Positions 19,250 through 28,858 of a stretch of DNA of 64,000 nucleotides are shown piece by piece. A program made the translations under genes and the position numbers. The notes below the pieces were generated by a model that made no database searches, was not told where the DNA came from, and was given only the letters and a program-made list of their open reading frames with translations. Source of the stretch: Methanocalculaceae archaeon (GTDB lineage Archaea; Halobacteriota; Methanomicrobia; Methanomicrobiales; Methanocorpusculaceae); NCBI GenBank assembly GCA_031262705.1, contig JAISHD010000019.1:61-64060 (forward strand), in the 5' to 3' direction. Numbering within the stretch: the first letter of the stretch is position 1; the number at the start of each line of letters is the position of its first letter.

Positions 19250-19470
19250 TGCTGGCTGAAGTAAGTCCGACGTGTCTGTCATTTACGACACTGCCGCAAC
19301 CACGGCTTTGGGATTACGACGAGTCAGTTCGGCTCCGCAGAACTCCTGCGGAAACGCTTATCAGCAACAGGATATGTGTTGCAACTGCTCTTTTCGTGAC
19401 TTACGGCTGTTTCCATTTGATTCCGAAAAGGAAGCGGTTATCCGCCTGTACGGGGCGGACAGTCCTCATC
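19250..19470 (+). ncRNA. Candidate structured RNA / rps15 leader
   Basis: GTAAGTC/GACTTAC closing stem enclosing several short hairpins, plus TCCGCC..GGCGGA hairpin before the RBS. Confidence 0.4.
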
Positions 19471-19483
19471 GGAGGTGAAAACA

Positions 19484-19942
19484 ATGGCACGCATACATGC
19501 AAGAAGAAGAGGAATCGCCTCCTCGGTCAGACCATTCCGCCAGGAAGTTCCTGAGTGGTCCAACACCAATGTACAGGAGATTGAAAAGAAGATCATCGAG
19601 CTGCGCAAAGCAGGTCTTACCTGCGCAGAGATCGGTCTGGTCTTACGCGACAAGTTCGGCGTCCCGAACGTAAAACTTGTCACCGGCAAGAGAGTCAACG
19701 CCATCGTCCGTGAAAACGACCTTGACACCGACATCCCCGAAGACCTCCGTAACCTCATGCACAAGGCGCTCGGCATGCGCAAGCACCTTGGCGAGAACAA
19801 GAAGGATCTTCACAACAAACGTCAGCTTCAGCTGACCGAGTCCAAAGTCCGCAGACTGGTGAAATACTACGTCGGCACCGGCCTCCTGCCCCAGGGCTGG
19901 ACCTACAAGCCGGAGACCGCAGAGATTCTCCTGTCCAGATAA
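19484..19942 (+). CDS. rps15: 30S ribosomal protein S15 (uS15, S15P/S13e)
   Basis: MARIHARRRG, IGLVLRD, IPEDL, ESKVRRLVKYY; GGAGGTG RBS. Confidence 0.97.
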   Translation: MARIHARRRGIASSVRPFRQEVPEWSNTNVQEIEKKIIELRKAGLTCAEIGLVLRDKFGVPNVKLVTGKRVNAIVRENDLDTDIPEDLRNLMHKALGMRKHLGENKKDLHNKRQLQLTESKVRRLVKYYVGTGLLPQGWTYKPETAEILLSR

Positions 19943-19960
19943 GGCATCCTTTCCACCGTT

Positions 19961-21172
19961 ATGTCACTGGAAACCGCAGCAGAAACCCTGGCGAATCATC
20001 TCGCATCCCTGGAGTACGTGGAAATGTACTCCCATTACGATGCGGACGGTATCGCAGCTGCTGCGATCATGTCACTCGCCCTTTCCCGGGCGGATATAGC
20101 CTTCAAACTCCGGATTTTACCGGGGATCTCTGAAGCTGACGTGGAGAATCCGGAAATCTCTCTTCTGTGTGACTTCGGTGCGTCGTGTACCGGTCTTGCG
20201 GAGAACACGATGATCATCGATCATCATGTTCCCTACAACACCTCCCCCTATCATGTCAACCCGCGCCTCTTTGGCGAGGACGGTGAAACCGAACTCTCAG
20301 GAGCAGGCTGTGCGTATCTGGTGGCAAATGCGCTTGGAGACAATCGCAATCTGGCAGGTCTTGTGATGCTTGGCATCATCGGCGATAATCAGACTCTTTC
20401 TGGAAGGAATCAGACGATTATCGGTGACGCAGTGGCAAACAATCTGGTAAACCCGGGTCTCGGTGTTCTCCTGGCCGGCAGAACAACAAAGGAGCAGATT
20501 GCAAACTCCCTGCATCCGTATCTCCCGAACCTTTCGGGTGATGAGGAGAAAGCAGCGGCAATTGAGAGCGCATGCAGGTCCAAAGTGTCTGACGATGCAT
20601 ATACCTCCTGCATGCTCTCGCAGATTGTGCTTGATTCGGATGCCTCGTATCATGCCCTGATGACCCTCTACGGGGATTCATGGAGTCTGGAACGCGAGGT
20701 CATCCCCAATGCCCATACATTTACTGCAGTGGTGGACGCCTGCGGCAAAGCCGGAAAGTCCGGGGTTGCCTATGCGCTCTGCTGCGGTGATGCATCGTAT
20801 CTGGATGAAGCATGGGAGATTGCAGTCTCTTACCGGAACCGCGTGATCGCGGCGGTCAGAACCGCTGAGAAGATCCGTGATGTTCCGACCGTCTGGCGTG
20901 TCGGCGACGGTGCCGCTGCAAGTGATGCGGCGGATGTTCTCGCCGAGTCTGCGAACGGCCCGATGTTTGTTCTTGGCCGTGATGCTGCCTCCCTGCTGGT
21001 GTCTGCCCGCGCTCCGCGCGGATCTTCCGTGAATCTGGAACAGATCCTGCGGACGACGGCACAGGCCTGCGGGGGTTCCGGCGGCGGGCATCAGCTCCGT
21101 GCCGGAGCTGATGTTCCGCTTGATCGCGAGGATGAGTTCCTTGCCGGTCTGGAGGTTGCAGCATGCACGTAA
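19961..21172 (+). CDS. DHH/DHHA1 RecJ-like phosphoesterase
   Basis: HYDADG, CDFG, IDHH, GGGH motifs; typical archaeal rps15-DHH-pcc1-rps3ae gene order. Confidence 0.88.
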   Translation: MSLETAAETLANHLASLEYVEMYSHYDADGIAAAAIMSLALSRADIAFKLRILPGISEADVENPEISLLCDFGASCTGLAENTMIIDHHVPYNTSPYHVNPRLFGEDGETELSGAGCAYLVANALGDNRNLAGLVMLGIIGDNQTLSGRNQTIIGDAVANNLVNPGLGVLLAGRTTKEQIANSLHPYLPNLSGDEEKAAAIESACRSKVSDDAYTSCMLSQIVLDSDASYHALMTLYGDSWSLEREVIPNAHTFTAVVDACGKAGKSGVAYALCCGDASYLDEAWEIAVSYRNRVIAAVRTAEKIRDVPTVWRVGDGAAASDAADVLAESANGPMFVLGRDAASLLVSARAPRGSSVNLEQILRTTAQACGGSGGGHQLRAGADVPLDREDEFLAGLEVAACT

Positions 21173-21369
21173 CCGGAACGATTGTGTCGGTCCATGCTCA
21201 CCCCGAGCATGTGGTCTCGGCACTTTCCCCGGATTCGGACGGGTTTATGACCGTCGAGGTTATCGACGGCTGTGTTACGGCAAAAATTGCGGGGGAGTCG
21301 CTTCGAACGGTGATTGCGACGGTGGATGATTATCTGATGAACTTATCCGTCTCGGAACGGTTGTGCTAA
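21163..21369 (+). CDS. pcc1: KEOPS complex subunit Pcc1
   Basis: ALSPD, LRTVIATVDDYLMNL; conserved position between DHH and rps3ae. Confidence 0.8.
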   Translation: MHVTGTIVSVHAHPEHVVSALSPDSDGFMTVEVIDGCVTAKIAGESLRTVIATVDDYLMNLSVSERLC

Positions 21370-21421
21370 GCACAGGGTTTTCCGGGTACACAAATCCAAT
21401 TTCAAAAATTAAGGTGATACC

Positions 21422-22042
21422 ATGGCAAGAAAAAAGCAGAGTGGTGGACGCAAAGTTGAGGGATGGAAGGCAAAGAGCTGGTTCAAGGTCTATGCCCCGG
21501 AGTTCCTCGGCAAGCAGTTTATCGGGGAGATCGTCTCCTCTGACACGGCAAACCTGCCGGGTCGCGTACTGTCGGCAAGTCTCGGTGAATTAATCCAGGA
21601 CTATTCCAAGCAGAATGTGAAGATGTCGTTCAAAATCAGTGATGTTGCAGGAGATGCAGCATACACGCAGTTCCACGGCCACGAGATGACCAAAGATTTC
21701 ATCCGTGCAATGGTGAAGAGGCGGGCATCCCGTATCGACAGCACCATCACGATCCAGCCGCTCGGCAGCGTTCGTGAGCTTCAGGTGACGATTACGGCAT
21801 TCACGATCAACCACGCAAGACTTTCCCAGATTCACGAGGTTCGTGCAATGATGGTGAAGGTTGTACAGGACTACGCAAAGGAAGCAGACTTTGAGACCTT
21901 TGTCTCTGCAATGGTCAAGGGCGAGATTTCCAAGAAGATGGTCGAGGCATGCAAGCCTATCTTCCCGATCCGCAAGATCGAGATCATCAAGTCCGAGTCC
22001 GTGAGCTCCGCTGCAGAGCGTGCAGCAGCTCTTGTCCGTTAA
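21422..22042 (+). CDS. rps3ae: 30S ribosomal protein S3Ae (eS1)
   Basis: WKAKSWFKVYAP, GHEMTKDFIRAMVKRR, PIFPIRKIEIIKS. Confidence 0.97.
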   Translation: MARKKQSGGRKVEGWKAKSWFKVYAPEFLGKQFIGEIVSSDTANLPGRVLSASLGELIQDYSKQNVKMSFKISDVAGDAAYTQFHGHEMTKDFIRAMVKRRASRIDSTITIQPLGSVRELQVTITAFTINHARLSQIHEVRAMMVKVVQDYAKEADFETFVSAMVKGEISKKMVEACKPIFPIRKIEIIKSESVSSAAERAAALVR

Positions 22043-22122
22043 GAGTTACGGACCCCTTTCTTTTTTTCGCCGGCTCCGGTGTTTAAAAAATCCTGCCCGT
22101 CACATGCACCCACCTCAGGGTT

Positions 22123-22464
22123 TTAGATGGTATGGGTTATTGCGGGTATCAGAATCTGATCGTGATAGGTTGTGGCTTTTCCGTCCGGGAAGATGATGTT
22201 CATAACGGTGGGCGAGAGATCAATGGTGAGTATCTGCGCGATGACCGGGTAGCTTTGCAGAATTGTTTCTGCTTGGGTGAAATCAATGGTCGGGGTGGTG
22301 TAGGTACGGTTGTCGATTGATGCAACGCCTTCGATCCGGAAGCCAAAAAGGCGCGTAACTGACTTCTACCGCTGCGTCGCCGTTCCCCTATATTTCTAGG
22401 ATGCGGGCGCTGCCATGAACACTGCGAGGGCAAATGCCAGGAGAAGAAGCATGCGGAATTTCAT
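22123..22464 (-). pseudogene. Degraded secreted/surface hypothetical protein
   Basis: Signal peptide MKFRMLLLLAFALAVFMAAPAS, then stops and frame changes, then a coherent C-terminus (YTTPTIDF...FPDGK...IPAITH). Confidence 0.55.
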
Positions 22465-22541
22465 ACTCTGCACTCAGCAGGCGACTTCAAATACTTTTCC
22501 GTGAGAGTTCCGGACGGCTGAATATACAAATCTGAAAAAAA

Positions 22542-23372
22542 TTAGTTCCAGACAACCTCCGGGACTTCGCGCGGAGGAATCTGGGAGAAGGAGACACCTG
22601 GATATCCGGCAAGCATTGCGTACTGCGGCGTCCAGTCATCAGGGATACCGAGAATGCGCCCAAGCTCGGGTTTCAGGTGCAGCATGATCATGACATAGCC
22701 GACCCAGCAGGTACCAAGGCCGATCGACGGCGCAAACGCATCAATGTAGGACAGTGCAATAATGCTGTCAATCAGCCCGTGCTGCTGATCCGCATCGGAT
22801 GCCGCGATCAAAAGGGCAGGGGCGTTACGGCAGACGGGGTCAGCTCCGGTATCTGCACTGGCAACCAGCGCCCGGGACAGCTGTGCGAGAGGGTGATCGC
22901 CGGGGAGTGCTTTCAACGCGGCAATGGAGGCGTGTGCAAACTCCTGTACGGTTGAGGGATCGGATACGATCACCCATTTTACCGGATGGATGTTGCAGGC
23001 TGAAGGTGCATATGCCGCGACATCGATCAGTTGTGCGAGGTCGCTATGCGCGACCACCTTTTTCTGCCAGACACGCACAGACCTACGGCTCTTCAGATAT
23101 CCGGAGAACAGATCGCCGTCTAATTCTTCCCGGTATGCGGCATTCTCTGCCGGAGCGGTAAATGCCGGAGTGTTGGTGGAAAGTGCGGCCTCCGGACAGA
23201 CCGCAATGCACTGTCCACAAGAGATACAGGGGGAATCTCCCAGAATTTTCGGGGACTGGTCCTCTGATGCGATGATCCTGCCGGTTGTACACAGCGCAGC
23301 ACACAGCCCGCACCGGACACAGACTTTTTCCTCATAGAGGAGGTGCAGGGGGGCGGAAAATATTGATTTCAT
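22542..23372 (-). CDS. Nitroreductase family protein with N-terminal 4Fe-4S ferredoxin
   Basis: CVRCGLCAALC, CISCGQCIAVCP, SRRSVR, APSACN, GLGTCWVG. Confidence 0.9.
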   Translation of the reverse strand: MKSIFSAPLHLLYEEKVCVRCGLCAALCTTGRIIASEDQSPKILGDSPCISCGQCIAVCPEAALSTNTPAFTAPAENAAYREELDGDLFSGYLKSRRSVRVWQKKVVAHSDLAQLIDVAAYAPSACNIHPVKWVIVSDPSTVQEFAHASIAALKALPGDHPLAQLSRALVASADTGADPVCRNAPALLIAASDADQQHGLIDSIIALSYIDAFAPSIGLGTCWVGYVMIMLHLKPELGRILGIPDDWTPQYAMLAGYPGVSFSQIPPREVPEVVWN

Positions 23373-23545
23373 CAGAATATACTGGAAAGGGGTTGCACAA
23401 AGAGTTTTGGATTCTGACGAACCGTGTTCAGGAGGGGAGCGTTTTATTCTGCCTCCCACCATCGATGAATCCGTATACATTTCATGGCTTGAAAAAACCA
23501 CTTGTAAAACTCTTGGAACAGTATAAAAACCTAAACAAAAGAAAG

Positions 23546-23630
23546 TGCGAAGGAAGGGATTCGAACCCCAGAACTCCTATGAGACCAGACCCTGAATCTG
23601 GCGCCGTTGACCTGGCTTGGCTACCTTCGC
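23546..23630 (-). tRNA. tRNA-Leu(CAG)
   Basis: Reverse complement GCGAAGG...TTCAGGG...GGTTCGAATCC...TTCGCA with long variable arm. Confidence 0.95.
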
Positions 23631-23719
23631 CCAAATTTCCAAAAACATCCTGCGACAGGAGTGTCTTCGTGCTTTACCATATTTGCTCTTCTGATACATA
23701 AACGTAGGCATCTTATCCT

Positions 23720-24553
23720 TCAGGGAGCATAGCCGTAGATCTTTTTCCACCGTTCATTCAGCACATACCGGGGATTTGCCTTTCGCAACAGTTCTGCAAG
23801 AACGATTGCATCGTCTGCAAGATGATACGTACAGATCGCAACCTTCGGCGTACACCGCCGCAGAGTATTCGCCGCCTCAGCAAGCATCTGACGTTCCGCG
23901 CCTTCAATATCCGCTTTCACAAAGTTCACCGCATCCAGCCCTTCCATCTCGACAAATGCATCCATCGTTGTCACCGGCACGCGGACCTTCCTGCCGGTCT
24001 GCGGCAGCACCATGGATGACCCGACCAGCGTATCCGCAAGAACCGTGAATTCGGCGGTTTTCTCCTCAGCTCCCAGCGCACACGGCACTACATGTACCCG
24101 TTCCTGCAAATCAGGATTCAGTGCCAGTGTTTGGCCGAGAATGTTTCGTGCCTCTGGTATTGGTTCAAACGCAAACACCTCCGCTCCCCGGTATGCTGCA
24201 AGCAAAGAAAACACCCCCAGGTTTGCCCCACAGTCAAACACCACATCGCCGGGCGCAACCCGCACCGCCCCCCACTCGTACGGCCCTTCATCCACATACC
24301 CGTACCTCCGGAACAGCGCGGGAAACAGAATATCTCCGAGCTCCATCGCATAGTAGGCCTCCTCTCGTGTCGGATGTGCGGACATGGATAGCCTCGGCAG
24401 GCGAAGCGGACCGAACCGCAGACATCCCTCCTCAGGAGAATAAAACCGTGAAAACAGCCGCTCATACTGATACCGGTAAAAATCCTCGGTCCGGTCATTT
24501 TTCGTCAGAACATACCGGACCCGGTCGCGCAGAGGAATATAATCTCGGTTCAG
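23720..24553 (-). CDS. FkbM family methyltransferase (first ATG at 24385; frame open back to CTG at 24553)
   Basis: VFDCGANLG, AFEP, VKADIEGAE, ICTYH. Confidence 0.85.
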   Translation of the reverse strand: MNRDYIPLRDRVRYVLTKNDRTEDFYRYQYERLFSRFYSPEEGCLRFGPLRLPRLSMSAHPTREEAYYAMELGDILFPALFRRYGYVDEGPYEWGAVRVAPGDVVFDCGANLGVFSLLAAYRGAEVFAFEPIPEARNILGQTLALNPDLQERVHVVPCALGAEEKTAEFTVLADTLVGSSMVLPQTGRKVRVPVTTMDAFVEMEGLDAVNFVKADIEGAERQMLAEAANTLRRCTPKVAICTYHLADDAIVLAELLRKANPRYVLNERWKKIYGYAP

Positions 24554-25484
24554 ACTGCCTCCTCCTCCAGCTCCACCTGCTGATTTGCCGCCTCACGCTT
24601 CACAATCCGGAAACTTGCAATGAACCCGATAAGAAGGTTCGAGTAGTACAGAATCAGCCGCAGCAGCACCACAAACACTCCTACAACCGCCGACGGAAGA
24701 ATCAGTGAATAAAAACACCGCGTAGCTGATCTCCGCAACACCTGCCCCTCCCGGTGTTGACGGAACCATCAGAATCACCGCAATGATCAGCTGAAACACA
24801 AGGGACAGCAGAAAATTCGGCGGATAACCCAGACCAATCATAATCACCGACGCAATCGCATACTCGCAGGCCCAGAACACAATCGTCAGCAGAAACCCGA
24901 GTACGAGTCCCATCTTTGCCCGGCCAGCAAACATCTCAAACGTCAGATACAGCCGGTCAATCGCCTCATCAATCTGTACGGTGAGTTTTGCAATCCGCTC
25001 GCTGTCCCACTTCTTCGTAAAAAAATCCTGCAATCTTAAACACAATTTTCCGGATAAGCTGGGGCCGGGAAAGCAGTACCGCAAGAATGACCAGCAGCAC
25101 CGCTTCCATCAGCCGTTCCACTAGGACAACCGCCGTTGCATCCGCAACCGGCATCTTTGCCTTGTAGAGTTCATGAATACGCACCGGCTCGCCCCCCACC
25201 TGCGACGGTGTAATCGATGCGATCAGCTGTCCCGCACAAACCATATTCAGACAATGCCGCAGCGGTACCAGATACCCGAGCGACTTACACATTACCCGGA
25301 TGCGCAGCGCCCACACGCACATTGCCGTCATGTGCAGACAGAATGCAAGAAGAAGGAACCAGGGATTCAGATTTTGCAATGACTCAATGGTATTCTCATT
25401 AAACGTCAGAACCATTACCGCAAGGAGAATCGCCATCGAAAGCCCGATAGAGATCCATAACCACTTTTTCTGTTTTGTGTCCAT
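24550..25484 (-). pseudogene. UPF0104 / lysylphosphatidylglycerol-synthase-TM flippase-like paralog, frameshifted with an internal deletion
   Basis: ITPSQVGGEP and PSTPGGAGVAE motifs spread over three frames; shorter than the adjacent intact paralog after ERLME. Confidence 0.8.
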
Positions 25485-25541
25485 GAGGATACCAAGAACT
25501 CTTTACTTACTGCATTGTCCGCTGGAAATTTAAATATAGAG

Positions 25542-26582
25542 TTACTCCTGTGTTTTTCTCAGGGAATCTCGGGATTCGCGCCGCACAATCCGCAGACTTG
25601 CAATAAACCCAACGACCACGTTGAAGTAGTATAGAATCAGCCGCCACAACAGCACGAACACACCCACCAGCGGCAGCGGAATGATGATCGAGTAGAACGC
25701 GGCGATACTGACCTCTGCGATGCCCACACCACCCGGTGTTAACGGAATCATCATGATCATTGCAATCAGCAACTGGAAGATGAACGAGATCAGAAACATC
25801 GGCTCAAGACCAAGACCCACCATCAGGACCGACGCGATTATGAACTCCGAAACCCAGAACGCAACGGTCATAAGCAGTCCAAGCGCCATGCCGATCTTTG
25901 AACGTCCGCCGAAGTGTCCGATGGTCACATAGAACCGGTCGATGTTTTCATCAAGCATACCAAGCAGCCGGTCGATTCTCTGTGATTCCCAGCGGCGGGT
26001 AAAAAGTCCCGAGACCTTTGCAACGATGATCTTTGTCCACTGCGGTCGTTTCACGAGAACGGCAAATAGCAGAAGTGCTCCGATGAAGAAGAATGTCGCA
26101 AGATAGGCAACGCCCATATACACCAGAGGGATGTTCAGATGACTGAACATATTACCGAGCAGATACACACCGACGATCGTTCCAATGCTGAGCACAATAC
26201 CGTCAAAAACCCGTTCCATGAGAACCACGGCGGTCGCATCAGCCGTCGGAACATTGGATTTGTACAGCTCATACACCCGCACTGCCTCGCCGCCGACCTG
26301 CGACGGCGTAATGGCTGCGACCAGCATGTTTGCACAGATCAAGTTTATCGAATGGAAGAACGGCACGCGGTACCCAAGCGACCAGCACATCAGCTTGATG
26401 CGCAGTGCCCAGAACACAATCGATAAGATGTGCAAAAGAAAACCGAGAAGTATGTACCAGGGGTTGCATTTTTCCAACGCGACAAGTGTATCGGTGTCGA
26501 AAGTCAAAAGAAGCATCACAACGAGTGCAACCACACTGATGCCGACTGAAATAAACAGCCATTTCTTTTGCGCTTTATTCAT
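25542..26582 (-). CDS. UPF0104 / lysylphosphatidylglycerol-synthase-TM flippase-like membrane protein
   Basis: ITPSQVGGE, ERVFD, PLTPGGVGIAE, WRLILYY. Confidence 0.88.
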   Translation of the reverse strand: MNKAQKKWLFISVGISVVALVVMLLLTFDTDTLVALEKCNPWYILLGFLLHILSIVFWALRIKLMCWSLGYRVPFFHSINLICANMLVAAITPSQVGGEAVRVYELYKSNVPTADATAVVLMERVFDGIVLSIGTIVGVYLLGNMFSHLNIPLVYMGVAYLATFFFIGALLLFAVLVKRPQWTKIIVAKVSGLFTRRWESQRIDRLLGMLDENIDRFYVTIGHFGGRSKIGMALGLLMTVAFWVSEFIIASVLMVGLGLEPMFLISFIFQLLIAMIMMIPLTPGGVGIAEVSIAAFYSIIIPLPLVGVFVLLWRLILYYFNVVVGFIASLRIVRRESRDSLRKTQE

Positions 26583-26700
26583 GGAAAAAACCTAGGAATC
26601 ATATGGTATTGGATATCCGCAAATAAATAGTTTTTAGACTGTTTGTCGCACGAGAAGTGGAACCCAACCGAAGGCATATGGAAATACCCTCTAGTTTTAG

Positions 26701-27093
26701 TTATTTCACATACCGGTGAAGCAGAATATCTCCGAGATCAATGATTTCTCCCCCGTTTCCATACAGCTCAAACCCAAGATGATACACGATCAGCTCTGCC
26801 CTCGTCCGCTCTGCAAGCGCCATCATCGGCGGAATCATCTCGCATCCGGGCCGGATCGCATACAGCACGTCCACCCCCTGATAATAGGAAAATGTCGGAG
26901 AGAACACGTCATCCACGACCGCAGGGACTGCAACCGTTTGGTAGGAGTGGACGTCCGTACACAAAATTGGAATGCCTGCCTCCTGAATAATCTCTGCTGC
27001 GATTGTTTTTCCGCCGAATCCTAGTTCAATCGCTGATCGATAGTGATCGCGGATGTATTCCCCTACGCTTTTTTCAATCTGATATACTGACAC
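26701..27093 (-). CDS. UPF0146 family protein
   Basis: AIELGFG, TDV, DDVFSP, YAIRP. Confidence 0.85.
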   Translation of the reverse strand: MSVYQIEKSVGEYIRDHYRSAIELGFGGKTIAAEIIQEAGIPILCTDVHSYQTVAVPAVVDDVFSPTFSYYQGVDVLYAIRPGCEMIPPMMALAERTRAELIVYHLGFELYGNGGEIIDLGDILLHRYVK

Positions 27094-27158
27094 GTGCCTT
27101 CGTCCTTCGATAGGTGTTCAATATGTTTATGTCCCGTCACAATGAAATTATCTACCAC

Positions 27159-27764
27159 ATGGGAGTACACGTTTTCTGGGATAGCAGGGTTCCAATTGGT
27201 CTGAGCAAACCCGTCACCGAGGAGCTCTCGGGCGTACTGGAGATGCCCGTATCCCGCATAGACAACGGTACTTTTCCGCTCGAAGGTTTTGATCCTCTCC
27301 GCCAACAGTGCGACGCGGTAAAAATTCTCACGAAACTTGATATCTTTCGTCGCCGGTATCCCCAGCTTTTCAAACCAGAGGATGTTGACATTGAGTATTA
27401 CAACAAGTTCAATCACCTCCACGAAAAAGTCCTGCTCATAACGCCGATCGATCTGTTTGAACCGCTTGCCGACTTTGTATTCGGTCTCGCCTATCCTGTC
27501 CTCGGTGTTGCAGTGGTGTCTCCTGCACGGCTGATGAATGAATATTATGGCCGCCATCCGGACGACGATGTTCTCATTGACCGCATTGTCAAGGAGGGAG
27601 CACACGAGATTGCCCATCTGTTTGGTCTGGAACACTGCGACAATCCAGGCTGCATCATGTACTGCCCGCGCAATCTTGATGATCTGAACCGCAAACGAAA
27701 ATACTTCTGCGGAAAATGCAGAATCCAGCTGAACGGCCAGAACGAGGGAGATTTGTTCCGATGA
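27159..27764 (+). CDS. amzA: Archaemetzincin Zn-metalloprotease
   Basis: HEIAHLFGLEHCDNPGCIM and C-terminal FCGKC; FVFGLA. Confidence 0.9.
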   Translation: MGVHVFWDSRVPIGLSKPVTEELSGVLEMPVSRIDNGTFPLEGFDPLRQQCDAVKILTKLDIFRRRYPQLFKPEDVDIEYYNKFNHLHEKVLLITPIDLFEPLADFVFGLAYPVLGVAVVSPARLMNEYYGRHPDDDVLIDRIVKEGAHEIAHLFGLEHCDNPGCIMYCPRNLDDLNRKRKYFCGKCRIQLNGQNEGDLFR

Positions 27765-28690
27765 AAAATGAGGTTCCATGGATTATTGTCTGGGGCTATG
27801 GTGCAGATATTCGTGCAACCCGCGGAACTCTCACTATTCGCGAAGGAACATCACGACGCTCATACCCGCTGTCTTCCCTCAGTCATCTTCTCATTGCAGG
27901 TGGTCATACCCTTGAGACCGCGGCAATTATGCATCTGACGACAAACAACATCCCTGTCTCTTTCTTTGATATCCATGGAGAACCGGTCGGGACAGTCCGT
28001 CCCCCCGGGTACAGTGCATATCCCCTTAGATCCGCGCAGAAAAACATCCCGGTTCACCGGTTTGCGATGTCGGTTATCATTTCTTCCCTGAAATCCCGTA
28101 TGCGGTATCTCAATGAACTCGGTTCCGGTCGCACGGACGGCCTGTACTACAAGGGAGAACTTGAGATACTTGCCGACGCATCCTGCGAGCTTGAGTTTCT
28201 GATTACCCTTCCCGAACTCGCCCGGGTGTTTTTGCTTACCCGCAACATGTACTACGAGATTCTCTCCCGTGTTGCCGCGCCGGATCTCGGCTACCAGCGC
28301 AGGGAAAAACCGCCGTATCTGGACCCGATAAACGCAATGTTTGCTCACGGTTATGCTGTTTTGTATGCAAGCACTGCAGTCTCTGTTGCCGGAGCAGGAC
28401 TCGATCCGGAGATAGGTTCTCTTTACGGGACGATCATTCCTCCTGGAAAAAACCGCAACGCATGTGTTATGGATATTATGGAGCCTTTGATGACACCGAT
28501 GATTGATCGTGTTGTGATGGATATGGCGCAGGAGGGGATCATTGCCGGGCGATATGAGATAAGTTCCCGCTGTCTTCTCTCGGAAAAGCTGATGGAAGAA
28601 TACAACCTTCGTCTTGCCGATTCCATTGACTCAAATGGTATTGACCGGGCAGTTGCCGAGTATACGGATGCGGTCGCAACACAGGTGTGA
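27761..28690 (+). CDS. cas1: Stand-alone Cas1 homolog with degenerate active site (Methanomicrobiales-type Cas1-solo)
   Basis: VWGYGADI, NIPVSFFDIHGEPVG, DPINAMFAHGYAVL, GLDPEIG, DIMEP; no array or other cas gene adjacent. Confidence 0.85.
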   Translation: MKNEVPWIIVWGYGADIRATRGTLTIREGTSRRSYPLSSLSHLLIAGGHTLETAAIMHLTTNNIPVSFFDIHGEPVGTVRPPGYSAYPLRSAQKNIPVHRFAMSVIISSLKSRMRYLNELGSGRTDGLYYKGELEILADASCELEFLITLPELARVFLLTRNMYYEILSRVAAPDLGYQRREKPPYLDPINAMFAHGYAVLYASTAVSVAGAGLDPEIGSLYGTIIPPGKNRNACVMDIMEPLMTPMIDRVVMDMAQEGIIAGRYEISSRCLLSEKLMEEYNLRLADSIDSNGIDRAVAEYTDAVATQV

Positions 28691-28695
28691 TTTGC

Positions 28696-28760
28696 CGAAA
28701 TTTCTGATTTTTCCAGGATATCCGCCTGTGGCGGGCATTTCGAGAAAAATCAGAATTCCG
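28696..28760. terminator. Long nested inverted repeat after cas1
   Basis: TTCTGATTTTTC (28702-28713) pairs with GAAAAATCAGAA (28744-28755); inner CCGCC-TGT-GGCGG hairpin. Confidence 0.5.
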
Positions 28761-28858
28761 AAGGATACATCTATCTGCATAACCTAATCATACCTCAAAG
28801 ATATATCCGGCAGAAAAAATATCGTGTTCTGCTGGAGAAAATTCAGGAGAATCTACCC

